Shown here: piece by piece, positions 1 to 8,986 of the stretch
Position numbering within the stretch: position 1 is the stretch's first letter
Layout: each line of letters begins with the position of its first letter
Source: Burkholderiales bacterium
GTDB taxonomy: Bacteria > Pseudomonadota > Gammaproteobacteria > Burkholderiales > SG8-39
Assembly: GCA_036496555.1 (NCBI GenBank)
Contig: DASXKY010000069.1
Span: 1-58,962 of the forward strand
Reading direction: 5' to 3'
Length of the DNA: 58,962 nt
Notes under the pieces: generated by a model
Seen by the model: the letters and a program-made list of their open reading frames with translations, nothing else
Told to the model about the DNA's origin: nothing
Database searches by the model: none
Made by a program: the position numbers and the translations under genes

Positions 1-498
1 GCCGGCTGGGACCGCTTCCAGAATTTCCTCGACACCAAGCCCGAGGAGTGGGACCAGCTGATCGACATCAACCTGCGCGGCCCGCTCAACATGCACCACC
101 TCGTGGCCCCCGGCATGGCGGCTCGCGGCTGGGGCCGCATCGTGAACATCGCTTCCGACGCCGCTCGCGTCGGCTCCTCCGGTGAAAGCGTCTACGCGGC
201 GTGCAAGGGCGGCATCGTCGCCTTCTCTAAGACGCTCGCGCGCGAACTGGCGCGCAATGGCGTCACGGTGAACGTCGTTTGCCCGGGGCCCACTGACACG
301 CCAATCCTGCGCGGCTTCCTAGGTGAAGGCGATGCAGGTCAAAAAGTCCACGACGCGCTGGTGCGGGCGATCCCGATGAAGCGCGTCGGTCAGCCCGCGG
401 ACATCCCGGGCATCGTCGCCTTCCTCGCCTCGGACGAAGCGGCGTTCATCACCGGGCAGGTCATCTCGGTCTCCGGCGGATTGACCATGGCCGGCTAG
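1..498 (+). CDS. short-chain dehydrogenase/reductase (SDR), 5' end outside window; BadH-like (2-hydroxycyclohexanecarboxyl-CoA dehydrogenase type) by recollection
   Basis: Frame 1 is open from nt 1 (AGWDRFQNFLDTKPEEWDQLIDINLRG) into ORF 91..498. SDR catalytic stretch SGESVYAACKGG (YxxxK), NVVCPGPTDTP and C-terminal ITGQVISVSGGLTM are present. Confidence 0.85.
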   Translation, partial: AGWDRFQNFLDTKPEEWDQLIDINLRGPLNMHHLVAPGMAARGWGRIVNIASDAARVGSSGESVYAACKGGIVAFSKTLARELARNGVTVNVVCPGPTDTPILRGFLGEGDAGQKVHDALVRAIPMKRVGQPADIPGIVAFLASDEAAFITGQVISVSGGLTMAG

Positions 499-539
499 GC
501 GCAAGAAGCGGATAGATCGGCCCGCCGATCAGGCTCACA

Positions 540-1352
540 ATGCAGTCCATGGAAGCCATTCTCGAGAAAGCCAGAACCTACCTCGACGAGCGCCGCGGCG
601 AGCGGGTCACCCTGGGTGAGCTCGCCGGCGCGGTCGGCGCGAGCCCGTTCCACCTGCAGCGGCGGTTCAAGGAGGCCTTCGGCGTCTCGCCACGCGACTA
701 CCAGGAAGCGTATCGCGTCGAATCGGTGAAGTCGTCGCTGCGCAATGGCAGCCGCGTCACGGACGCGGTGTTCGACGCTGGCTACGGCTCGGTCTCGCGC
801 TTCTACGAGAAGCAGCGGCTCGGCATGCAGGCGCGCCACTACCGCGCGCGCGGCAAGGGCCAGAGCATCGCCTACTGCTGCTTCCGCAGCCCGCTCGGCG
901 TGGTGCTGATCGCGGCGACCGAGCGCGGTTTGTGCTCGCTGAAGCTCGGCGAGAACGAAAAGGAGCTCAGGCGGCTGCTCGAGCGCGAGTTCTGCGAGGC
1001 GGAACTCGTCGAGGACGGCTTGCCTGCCCTGCGCAAGGGCCTCCTCGAGTTCCTCGAGGGCGAGGCGAACCTGGCGAAGGTGCCGGTCGACATCCGCGGC
1101 ACGGTGTTCCAGCGCAAGGTATGGGACGAGCTGCGGCGCATTCCGCGCGGCGAGACGCGTACCTACGCCGAGATCGCCCGTGCGATCGGCGCGCCGCGAG
1201 CGGTGCGGGCCGTGGGCAGCGCCTGCGGCGCGAACCCGGTGGCGCTGGTCGTGCCCTGCCATCGCGCCGTGCGCACCGACGGCGGCCTCGGCGGCTACGC
1301 CTGGGGCCTGCCGCGCAAGAAGAAGCTGCTCGCGCTGGAAAAGAAGTCCTGA
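540..1352 (+). CDS. AraC-type HTH fused to methylated-DNA-[protein]-cysteine S-methyltransferase (Ada/Ogt family)
   Basis: AraC HTH (LGELAGAVGASPFHLQRRFKEAFGVSPRDY) is followed by an alkyltransferase domain with active site VVPCHRAVRTDG. No N-terminal Cys4 zinc domain of full-length Ada. Confidence 0.9.
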   Translation: MQSMEAILEKARTYLDERRGERVTLGELAGAVGASPFHLQRRFKEAFGVSPRDYQEAYRVESVKSSLRNGSRVTDAVFDAGYGSVSRFYEKQRLGMQARHYRARGKGQSIAYCCFRSPLGVVLIAATERGLCSLKLGENEKELRRLLEREFCEAELVEDGLPALRKGLLEFLEGEANLAKVPVDIRGTVFQRKVWDELRRIPRGETRTYAEIARAIGAPRAVRAVGSACGANPVALVVPCHRAVRTDGGLGGYAWGLPRKKKLLALEKKS

Positions 1353-2200
1353 TTCCCGCAGCCAGTCTCGCGCGCCTGGTCGCGCTGGCCGCGATCTGGG
1401 GCGCGTCGTTCCTCTTCGTGCGCATCGCCTCGCCGGCGGTCGGCCCCGTGCTGACCGCCGACCTGCGCATGCTGATCGCCGGACTCGCCCTCGCCATCTG
1501 GTTCCGCTTCACCGGCTTCGACGCGCAGTGGCGGCGCTGGTGGCGCCAGTACCTGATCGTCGGGCTGCTCACCTCGGCGGCGCCGTTCCTGCTCTTCGCC
1601 TACTCGGCGCTCACGTTGTCGGCGGGCCTGATGTCGGTGATCAACGCCAGCTCGCCGATCTGGGGCGCGCTCTCTTCGGCGTGGTTGCTGGGCGAGCGGC
1701 TCTCGCCGCGCAGCGTGGTCGGCCTCGCCATCGGCGTGGCCGGCGTGGCACTCGTGACCCGCCCTGAAGGGGGCGACCACGTCGCCGCGATCCCGGCGCT
1801 CGCCGCCGTCGCCGCCGCCGTGTGCTACGGCCTCGCCGCCACCTACATGCGCCGTTGGGCGAAAGACGTGCCCTCGCGCGGCATGGCGCTCGGCACGCAG
1901 ATCGCGGGTGCAGCCCTGCTCGCGCCGCTGCTCGCCATTGCGCCGCCTGCCGCAATACCGACGCCGTTCATCGCTGCCTGCCTGCTTGCGATGGGCCTCG
2001 TCTGCGGCGCGATTGCCTACTTACTCTACTTCCGCTTGGTGACAGACATCGGCGCCGCCGGCGCCCTCACCGTCACCTACCTGATCCCGCTCTTCGGCGT
2101 GGCATGGGGCGCTCTCTTCCTCAGCGAGAGCGTTTCGCACGGCATGGTGACCGGCGCAGTACTGGTGCTCCTCGGCACTTTCTTCGTTCTGCGAAAATAG
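1349..2200 (+). CDS. EamA/DMT-family transporter (start codon uncertain)
   Basis: Polytopic hydrophobic protein with the duplicated EamA-like pattern (LVALAAIWGASFLFVRIA near the N-terminus). The listed ORF 932..2200 overlaps the upstream gene. There is no ATG/GTG/TTG between 1301 and 1418, so CTG 1349 or ATT 1352 is assumed. Confidence 0.75.
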   Translation: MIPAASLARLVALAAIWGASFLFVRIASPAVGPVLTADLRMLIAGLALAIWFRFTGFDAQWRRWWRQYLIVGLLTSAAPFLLFAYSALTLSAGLMSVINASSPIWGALSSAWLLGERLSPRSVVGLAIGVAGVALVTRPEGGDHVAAIPALAAVAAAVCYGLAATYMRRWAKDVPSRGMALGTQIAGAALLAPLLAIAPPAAIPTPFIAACLLAMGLVCGAIAYLLYFRLVTDIGAAGALTVTYLIPLFGVAWGALFLSESVSHGMVTGAVLVLLGTFFVLRK

Positions 2201-2204
2201 GCTG

Positions 2205-4187
2205 GTGCAGTACCCGCATCTCTTCAGGTCGCTCGCCCTGGGCTCAGTCACGCTCCCGAACCGCATCATGATGGGGTCGATGCATACGGGCCTCGAGGCG
2301 CGGCCCGACGGCCCGGAGCGCCTCGCGGCTTTCTACGCCGAGCGCGCGCGGGGCGGCGCGGCGCTCATCGTCACCGGCGGCTTCTCGCCGAACGCCGCCG
2401 GCAACCTGGGCCCGCATCCCGTCGAATTCGCTTCGGCCGAGACGGCGAAGAAGCACCGCGTCATCACGCAGGCGGTCCACGACGCCGGCGGCCGCATCGT
2501 GCTGCAGCTCCTGCACGCCGGCCGCTACGGCTTCCACGAGCGCATCGTCGCGCCCTCCGCGGTCAAGTCGCCGATCAACCCGAACGCGCCGCGCGAGATG
2601 ACACCGGCCGAGATCGAGCAGACCATCGACGACTTCGCGCGCGCCGCCGCCCTCGCCCGCGAAGCGGGCTACGACGGCGTCGAGGTGATGGGCTCGGAGG
2701 GATACCTCGTCACCCAGTTCCTCGCCGCGCGCACCAACCGTCGCCGCGACGAGTGGGGCGGACCGATCGAGAACCGGATGCGCTTCGCGACCGAGATCGT
2801 GCGTCGCGTGCGCGCCGCCACCGGACGCGACTTCATCCTCGCCTATCGCATCTCCGCGCTTGATCTTGTCGAAGGCGGTCTTTCTTCAGAAGAAATAATT
2901 CGAACAGCAAAGAGCATTGAATCCTCGGGCGCGACACTACTCAATACCGGCATCGGCTGGCACGAGGCGCGCATCCCCACGATTGCCCAGGCCGTGCCGC
3001 GGGGCGCCTTCGCGTGGGCAGCCCGGCGGCTGAAGGAGGCCGTGAAGATCCCGGTCGTCGCCTCCAACCGGATCAATGCGCCCGAGGTCGCCGAGGCCAT
3101 TCTCGCGCGCGGCGACGCCGACATGGTCTCGCTCGCCCGCGCCATGCTCGCCGACGCGGAGTTCGCCAACAAGGCGCGCGCCGGCGACCGCGCAGGCATC
3201 AATGTCTGTATCGCCTGCAACCAAGCCTGCCTCGACCACTACTTCATCGGGCAGCCGGCGAGCTGCGTCGTCAACCCGCGCGCCGGGCGGGAGACCAAGC
3301 TGGTTTACCGGGAGGTCTCTTCGCCCAAAAAGATTGCCGTCCTTGGCGGCGGCCCTGCCGGCCTCTCGTGTGCCGCGGTAGCGGCAGAGCGCGGGCACGC
3401 AGTCACACTTTTCGAGAAGAAGGAACTGGGCGGCCAGTTCAACCTCGCCAAGGTCATTCCCGGCAAGCAGGAATTTGCCGAGTCGATCGCTTATTACGCC
3501 GAGCGTCTGCGCCGGGCTGGAGCAACGATCGCCCTTGGGAGGGCGCCGTCCGCAGGAGAGCTGGCAGATTTCGACGAGATCGTCGTCGCCACCGGCATCA
3601 CGCCGCGCCATCCGCAGATACCCGGAATCGATCATGCAAAAGTGGCGAGCTATATCGACGTGCTGTCCGGCCGGGTCCAGGCGGGCCGCAATGTCGCCAT
3701 CATCGGCATGGGCGGCATCGGCTTCGACGTGGCGCTTTATCTGCTGGAGCGGGACAGCCGCGCCCCGATGGAACCCGGCGCGTTTGCGAGGCACTGGGGC
3801 ATAGGCGACGATGGTTCGCTGGAAAATGTTCCTTCTGCGCAGCCCGAAATCGGAATCACCATGCTGAAGCGGTCGAACACGCCGTTCGGCCACACGCTCG
3901 GACGCACGACGGGCTGGGTGCACCGCGCCGAGCTCGCGCGCAACGGCGTGAAGATGCTGAGGGGCGTCGAGTACCGCCGCATCGACGACGCGGGCGTCCA
4001 CGTGACGGTGGGCGGCGAGGAGCTCGTCGTGCCGGCCGACACGGTGATCGTCTGCGCAGGGCAGGAGCCTCACCGCCCGTCGTTGCCGGCGAGAAACGTT
4101 CACCTGATCGGCGGCGCGAAGGAAGCGGGCGAGCTCGACGCAAAGCGCGCCATGCTCGAGGGAGCCGAGCTCGCCGCTCGGCTGTGA
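2205..4187 (+). CDS. fadH: NADPH-dependent 2,4-dienoyl-CoA reductase
   Basis: GTG start. N-terminus MQYPHLFRSLALGSVTLPNRIMMGSMHTGLE parallels E. coli FadH. It has an OYE-type FMN domain, an Fe-S Cys cluster CIACNQACLD and a dinucleotide fold VLGGGPAGLS. Length is 660 aa. Confidence 0.9.
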   Translation: MQYPHLFRSLALGSVTLPNRIMMGSMHTGLEARPDGPERLAAFYAERARGGAALIVTGGFSPNAAGNLGPHPVEFASAETAKKHRVITQAVHDAGGRIVLQLLHAGRYGFHERIVAPSAVKSPINPNAPREMTPAEIEQTIDDFARAAALAREAGYDGVEVMGSEGYLVTQFLAARTNRRRDEWGGPIENRMRFATEIVRRVRAATGRDFILAYRISALDLVEGGLSSEEIIRTAKSIESSGATLLNTGIGWHEARIPTIAQAVPRGAFAWAARRLKEAVKIPVVASNRINAPEVAEAILARGDADMVSLARAMLADAEFANKARAGDRAGINVCIACNQACLDHYFIGQPASCVVNPRAGRETKLVYREVSSPKKIAVLGGGPAGLSCAAVAAERGHAVTLFEKKELGGQFNLAKVIPGKQEFAESIAYYAERLRRAGATIALGRAPSAGELADFDEIVVATGITPRHPQIPGIDHAKVASYIDVLSGRVQAGRNVAIIGMGGIGFDVALYLLERDSRAPMEPGAFARHWGIGDDGSLENVPSAQPEIGITMLKRSNTPFGHTLGRTTGWVHRAELARNGVKMLRGVEYRRIDDAGVHVTVGGEELVVPADTVIVCAGQEPHRPSLPARNVHLIGGAKEAGELDAKRAMLEGAELAARL

Positions 4188-4268
4188 GGTTCGCCTGCCG
4201 AGGCATTAGCGTCGCTCAAGCCTGGCTTGAAAAAGACTCGCTTGAGGCTTGCGTCCGCGGCCCCGACA

Positions 4269-4556
4269 ATGCGAGTCATGAATACCAGATTCGTGATCGA
4301 GCTCCAGCATGGCGACATCCTTCCGCTCGAGCGCGCGGGCGGCGTGCGCCTCTCGTGCCTCGAAGGCACCCTCTGGCTGACCGAGGAAAACGCGCCGATC
4401 GACGTAGTCCTCTCCGCCGGCGACCACTACGACGTGGAAGCGAAAGGCCGCACGCTCGTGCAGGCCATGGCGCCCGCGCGCCTCGCGGTGGAAGCGGCCG
4501 GCAAGCGCCCGCAGGTCGCCTTCGGATCCATCAGCCAGGCCCGGCTCGCCGCCTAG
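4269..4556 (+). CDS. small hypothetical protein, DUF2917-like
   Basis: The ORF 4227..4556 begins with TTG. Internal ATGs at 4269 and 4278 are more plausible starts. The pattern LSCLEGTLWLTEENAPIDVVLSAGDHY resembles DUF2917 proteins (recollection). Confidence 0.55.
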   Translation: MRVMNTRFVIELQHGDILPLERAGGVRLSCLEGTLWLTEENAPIDVVLSAGDHYDVEAKGRTLVQAMAPARLAVEAAGKRPQVAFGSISQARLAA

Positions 4557-4612
4557 CGCAGCTCTGCGGCACCGCGCCGAAGCCATAGGCGCGTAGGGGT
4601 ACACTACCCGCA

Positions 4613-5578
4613 ATGGGAACCGTGGTCGCTCTCGCCGGCCAGGTCGGCGGCGCCAAGCTGGCCGAGGGACTGTACCGCCTGCGCGGCAAGGACCTCGCGG
4701 TGATCGTCAACACTGGCGACGACTACCAGCACCTAGGCCTTTCGTTCTCGCCCGATCTCGATACCGTCCTCTACATGCTCGCGGGCATCGCCAATCCGGC
4801 GGCGCCGTGGGAGCCTGAGCACGAGACGCGCGCCGCGCAGGCGATGCTGAAGAAGCTGGGCGGGCCGGACCGCGCGGCGCTCGGCGATCGCTCGCTCGCC
4901 ACGGCGCTGCTCCGCACCCACGGCCTCGCGCAGGAGCAGCGCCTCACCGAGATCACCCTCGACTTCTGCCGCGCACTCGGCGTGCGGGCGCGCGTGCTGC
5001 CGATGAGCGACGACCTGGTGACTACGCAGGTGATCACCGACGGCGGCGCGGTTTCATTCCACGAGTATTTCGCCGAGCTCGGCTGCGAGCCGACGGCGCG
5101 CGGGCTGGAGTTCGCCGGTGCCGCCGAAGCGCGCCTCTCCGACGAAGTCCTCGACGCGCTGCACGCCGCCGACCTCGAGGCCATCGTCGTTTGCCCGTCG
5201 AACCCCTTCCACATCATCCGGCCGATCCTCGAGGTCGGCGGCATGCGCGCGCTGCTCAAGGAGCGCGGCGTGCCGATCGTGGCGGTGACGCCGATCGTCG
5301 GCGGCAAGGCGCTGAAGGGCTCGGCCGGCAAGATGATGAGCGAGCTCGGCCGCGAGCCGAGCGCGCGCGGCGCCGCCGCGGAATACCTGCGCTTCATCGA
5401 CGGCTTCGTCATCGACCGTCAGGATTTCGCCCTCGCCGACAGCGTGCGCTCGCTCGGCATCGAGGTCGCCGTGTCGCAGACGGTGATGCGCTCGCCCGAC
5501 GAGCGCGTCAACCTTGCGCGCGCCACGCTCGACTTCGCTCGCTCGATCAAGGAAAAGAAGGCCGCGGAGGTGGAATGA
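4613..5578 (+). CDS. CofD-family 2-phospho-L-lactate transferase-like protein
   Basis: The CofD hallmark order is present: LAGQVGGAKLAEGL near the N-terminus, VIVNTGDD, SPDLDTVLYMLAG, LGDRSLATALLRT, PMSDDLVTT and CPSNPFHIIRPIL. Length is 321 aa. Confidence 0.75.
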   Translation: MGTVVALAGQVGGAKLAEGLYRLRGKDLAVIVNTGDDYQHLGLSFSPDLDTVLYMLAGIANPAAPWEPEHETRAAQAMLKKLGGPDRAALGDRSLATALLRTHGLAQEQRLTEITLDFCRALGVRARVLPMSDDLVTTQVITDGGAVSFHEYFAELGCEPTARGLEFAGAAEARLSDEVLDALHAADLEAIVVCPSNPFHIIRPILEVGGMRALLKERGVPIVAVTPIVGGKALKGSAGKMMSELGREPSARGAAAEYLRFIDGFVIDRQDFALADSVRSLGIEVAVSQTVMRSPDERVNLARATLDFARSIKEKKAAEVE

Positions 5579-5988
5579 GGTTTTTCGGAAGGACGCTTTT
5601 CGCCGCCGCCTTCATGCTCGCCTTCGCCGCGCCCGCGCTCGCACAGCTGCCGCAGCACCAGGTGGAGATCCAGCGCGCGCTGATCCAGCGCGACCAGCAG
5701 TCGGCCGACTTCGCGCGCGGCACGAGCCCCGCCCGCGACGCGCTGAATGCGCGCCAGCTGCGCGACGCGGGCCAGCCGCTCAGTCCCGATCCGACGATCG
5801 CCCGCGAGCTGCTGCCGTATCAGCGCGAGACCATGGCGCGCGAGCGGGAGATGTTCCCGCCGCTCAACGACCGGCCGGTGCCGGCGGCGAAGTCGGCGCC
5901 AAAAGTCGACCAGGGCCTACCGCTGCCAGGGAGCGGCGGTCCGCCCCAAGTGGTCGAGCCCGTAGCGGGCCCGAGCGTCGGCGGCTAG
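5575..5988 (+). CDS. small secreted hypothetical protein
   Basis: The ATG at 5575 overlaps the upstream TGA (ATGA). It has a clear signal peptide MRFFGRTLFAAAFMLAFAAPALA/QL and no recognisable domain. The 3' end overlaps the aceE 3' end by 72 nt. Confidence 0.5.
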   Translation: MRFFGRTLFAAAFMLAFAAPALAQLPQHQVEIQRALIQRDQQSADFARGTSPARDALNARQLRDAGQPLSPDPTIARELLPYQRETMAREREMFPPLNDRPVPAAKSAPKVDQGLPLPGSGGPPQVVEPVAGPSVGG

Positions 5989-8544
5989 CGGGCTGTCCAT
6001 CGCGGCGAGCGCCGCGACCGCGATGTTCTTCGCATCGACTTCGAAAAAGGCGCGCAGCGCCGCGCGCGTGTCGCTGCGGCCGAAGCCGTCGGTGCCGAGC
6101 GCGACGTACTTCCCCGGCACGTAGGGCCGGATCAGGTCCGCAACCGCGCTGACGTAGTCGCTCGCCGCGACGACCGGCCCGCTCGCTCCTTCAAGGCATT
6201 TCTCGACCCAGCTTTCGGACGCGCCGCCAAAGCGCTTCGAGCGCTCGGCCTGCATGCCGTCGCGCCTGAGCTCGGTGAACGAGGTCACGCTCCACACATT
6301 GGCTTCGATCTTCCAGTCGCTTTTCAGGAGCTCGGCGGCCGCGATGACCTCTCTGAGTATTGGACCGCTTCCCAGCAGTTGAACCTTCGCGGCAGCAGAT
6401 TTTTTCAAGAGATACAAACCCCGAAGAATCCCTTCGCGGGCGTCCGGAGGTATCCCAGGATGGTCATAGTTTTCGTTATAGGTCGTGATGTAGAAGAACT
6501 CATCTTGTTGTTGATCGAGCATTCGCCGCGCCCCTTCTTCAACGATCGCCGCCAGCTCGTAGCCGAAGCAGGGGTCGTAGGCGCGGCAGGTCGGGATCGT
6601 GGAGGCGACCAGGTGCGACGAGCCGTCCTGGTGCTGCAGACCCTCGCCGGCGAGCGTGGTGCGGCCGGCGGTGCCGCCGACGAGAAAGCCGCGCGAGCGC
6701 GAGTCGGCAGCGGCCCAGATGAGGTCGCCGATCCGCTGGAAGCCGAACATCGAGTAGTAGATGTAGAACGGCAGCATCGGCGCGCCGTGCGACGAGTAGG
6801 AGGTCGCCGCCGCGAGCCACGACGAGAGCGCGCCGGCCTCGGTGATGCCCTCCTCCAGGATTTGGCCGTCCTTCGCTTCCTTGTAGTAGAGCAGCTCGTC
6901 GGCGTCCTCGGGCGCGTAGAGCTGGCCGACCGCGGAGTAGATGCCGACCTGGCGGAACAGCGTCTGCATACCGAAGGTGCGCGCCTCGTCGGCGACGATC
7001 GGCACTACGCGCGCGCCGAGCTTCGGATCCTTCAGCAGCTGCGACAGCAGCTGCACGAATACCATCGTGGTGGACTGGTTTCTCGAAGGCGCATTGAGCT
7101 TCGGCACTTCGATTTTTGAAGCATTTGCTTTTCTGACGGGCAAATAGCCGCCCAGGGCCGTGCGGCGTGCCTCGAGATATCGGATCTCCTGGCTGTCCTT
7201 GCCAGGGTGGTAATAGCGCAGCTGAACTACGTCGTCGTCCGAAAGCGGCAGCGCGAAGCGGTCTCGGAAGGCCTTCAGCGCGTCGTCGTCGAGCTTCTTC
7301 TGCTGGTGGGTGCCCATCTTGCCCTGGCCCCACAGGCCCATGCCATAGCCCTTTTTCGTCTGCGCCAGGATCACCGTCGGCTGTCCTTCATGCTTCGCGG
7401 CGGCATGGTAGGCGGCGTAGATCTTCAGCGGATCGTGACCGCCGCGCTTCAGGCGGTCGATGTCGTCGTCGCTCATGTCAGCGATCAGCGCCCGCAGCTC
7501 GGGGTACTTGTTGAAGAAATGCTCTCGGTTGAAGCGCCCGTCGGTGGCGGCGTAGGTCTGGAACTCGCCGTCGACGGTCTCGTGCAGGCGCTTGAGCAGC
7601 ACGCCGTCCTCGTCGCGCGCGAAGAGCGGATCCCAGTCCGAGCCCCAGAGCAGCTTCAGCACGTTCCAGCCCGCGCCGGCGAAGAGGCCCTCGAGCTCCT
7701 GCACGACGGAGCCGTTGCCGCGCACCGGCCCGTCGAGCCGCTGCAGGTTGCAGTTGACGACGAAAATCAGATTGTCGAGGCCCTCGCGCGAGGCGAGCGA
7801 GAGGCCGGCAAGCGACTCCGGCTCATCCATCTCGCCGTCGCCGACGAACGCCCACACTTTGCGGCGCTTTTCGCTCTCCAGAAGCTTCCGGTTCGCGAGA
7901 TAGCGCATGAACCGCGCCTGGTAGATCGCGTTCAGCGGCCCGAGGCCCATCGAACCGGTCGGGAACTGCCAGAACTCGGGCATCAGCCATGGATGGCAGT
8001 AGGACGAAAGTCCCTTGCCGCCGGTCTCGCGCCGGTAGTTTGAAAGATTTTCCTCGGACAGCCGGCCTTCAAGGTAAGCCCTCGCATATACGCCGGGCGC
8101 CGAATGCGGCTGGAAGTAGACCAGATCGTCGGCGCGGAAAAAATGGTTGAAACCCACTTCGAACAGGTCGGCCGCCGAAGCGTAGCTCGCGATATGGCCG
8201 CCGAGCTCCGCGTGCGCGCGGTTGGCCCTCACTACCATCGCCAAGGCGTTCCAGCGCACGATCGACGAGAGACGGCTTTCGAGCTCGAGGTTGCCGGGAA
8301 ATTGTGGCTGGTCGGCGAGCGCAATCGAGTTCTTGTATGGTGTGTTGAGCACCGGCGGCAGCGGCACCCGCCGCACACGCGCGTGCTCGAGGAGCTTGCG
8401 CAGGAGGAATGTCGCGCGCTCACGACCCTCGGCCTGCACGAGCGCGTCAAACGCGTCCAGCCACTCGCGCGTCTCGGCCGGGTCGGCGTCCGGCGCGTTC
8501 ACCCGCCAGAACGCCGACGTCACGAAATCCGACAGGTTGGTCAT
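5917..8544 (-). CDS. aceE: pyruvate dehydrogenase E1 component, homodimeric type
   Basis: 875 aa. DPAETREWLDAFDALV, YPGNLELESRLSSIVRWNALAMVVRAN and LGGHIASYASAADLFEVGFNHFFRA match AceE closely. No E2/E3 genes are adjacent. Confidence 0.93.
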   Translation of the reverse strand: MTNLSDFVTSAFWRVNAPDADPAETREWLDAFDALVQAEGRERATFLLRKLLEHARVRRVPLPPVLNTPYKNSIALADQPQFPGNLELESRLSSIVRWNALAMVVRANRAHAELGGHIASYASAADLFEVGFNHFFRADDLVYFQPHSAPGVYARAYLEGRLSEENLSNYRRETGGKGLSSYCHPWLMPEFWQFPTGSMGLGPLNAIYQARFMRYLANRKLLESEKRRKVWAFVGDGEMDEPESLAGLSLASREGLDNLIFVVNCNLQRLDGPVRGNGSVVQELEGLFAGAGWNVLKLLWGSDWDPLFARDEDGVLLKRLHETVDGEFQTYAATDGRFNREHFFNKYPELRALIADMSDDDIDRLKRGGHDPLKIYAAYHAAAKHEGQPTVILAQTKKGYGMGLWGQGKMGTHQQKKLDDDALKAFRDRFALPLSDDDVVQLRYYHPGKDSQEIRYLEARRTALGGYLPVRKANASKIEVPKLNAPSRNQSTTMVFVQLLSQLLKDPKLGARVVPIVADEARTFGMQTLFRQVGIYSAVGQLYAPEDADELLYYKEAKDGQILEEGITEAGALSSWLAAATSYSSHGAPMLPFYIYYSMFGFQRIGDLIWAAADSRSRGFLVGGTAGRTTLAGEGLQHQDGSSHLVASTIPTCRAYDPCFGYELAAIVEEGARRMLDQQQDEFFYITTYNENYDHPGIPPDAREGILRGLYLLKKSAAAKVQLLGSGPILREVIAAAELLKSDWKIEANVWSVTSFTELRRDGMQAERSKRFGGASESWVEKCLEGASGPVVAASDYVSAVADLIRPYVPGKYVALGTDGFGRSDTRAALRAFFEVDAKNIAVAALAAMDSPLAADARARYGLDHLGRTAAPWQR

Positions 8545-8734
8545 GACGGCATGGTATTCCCGTAACAGTGAAAGGTGATATGATCCGGCCCGCAGCGATT
8601 AATCAGGACGAATTTGCACCCTTCACCCGCCGCATTCGCAGCGTCTGTAGTGGCAGTCAGATCCCTTCCTCGATCGTCATGCCCGGCTTTTCCGCGCCCG
8701 GTCTCGTCGCGGTATTTCGTATGAGGAATTTGTA

Positions 8735-8938
8735 ATGGCAACTGGCACTGTTAAGTGGTTCAACGACTCCAAGGGCTTCGGCTTCATCACCCCGACCGAC
8801 GGCGGCGAAGATCTGTTCGCGCATCACACCGCGATCCAGATGAACGGCTTCAAGACGCTGAAGGAAGGCCAGAAGGTCGAGTTCGAAGTGAAGCGCGGCC
8901 CGAAGGGCCTGCAGGCGGCGAACATCAAAGCGCTGTAA
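8735..8938 (+). CDS. cspA: cold-shock protein, CspA family
   Basis: 67 aa. [20 protein letters not shown] (RNP1) and DLFAHH (RNP2 position). It is preceded by a ~190 nt leader/intergenic region, which is typical of csp genes. Confidence 0.95.
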   Translation: MATGTVKWFNDSKGFGFITPTDGGEDLFAHHTAIQMNGFKTLKEGQKVEFEVKRGPKGLQAANIKAL

Positions 8939-8955
8939 GCAGCCACAAGACGCAG

Positions 8956-8986
8956 AAAAGGCCCGCTCCGGCGGGCCTTTTTGTTT
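8956..8986. terminator. bidirectional rho-independent terminator between cspA and the convergent small ORF
   Basis: AAAA-GGCCCGC-tccg-GCGGGCC-TTTTTGTTT: a 7-bp GC stem flanked by an A-run and a T-run. Confidence 0.8.

Noticed and set aside
8961-8976. Nearly identical 16-mers GCCCGCTCCGGCGGGC (8961) and GCCCGCTGCGGCGGGC (52284) as a possible REP-like repeat family
   Set aside because: There are only two copies. Each forms the stem-loop of an ordinary intrinsic terminator with flanking A/T runs. Short GC-rich palindromes of this form arise independently.
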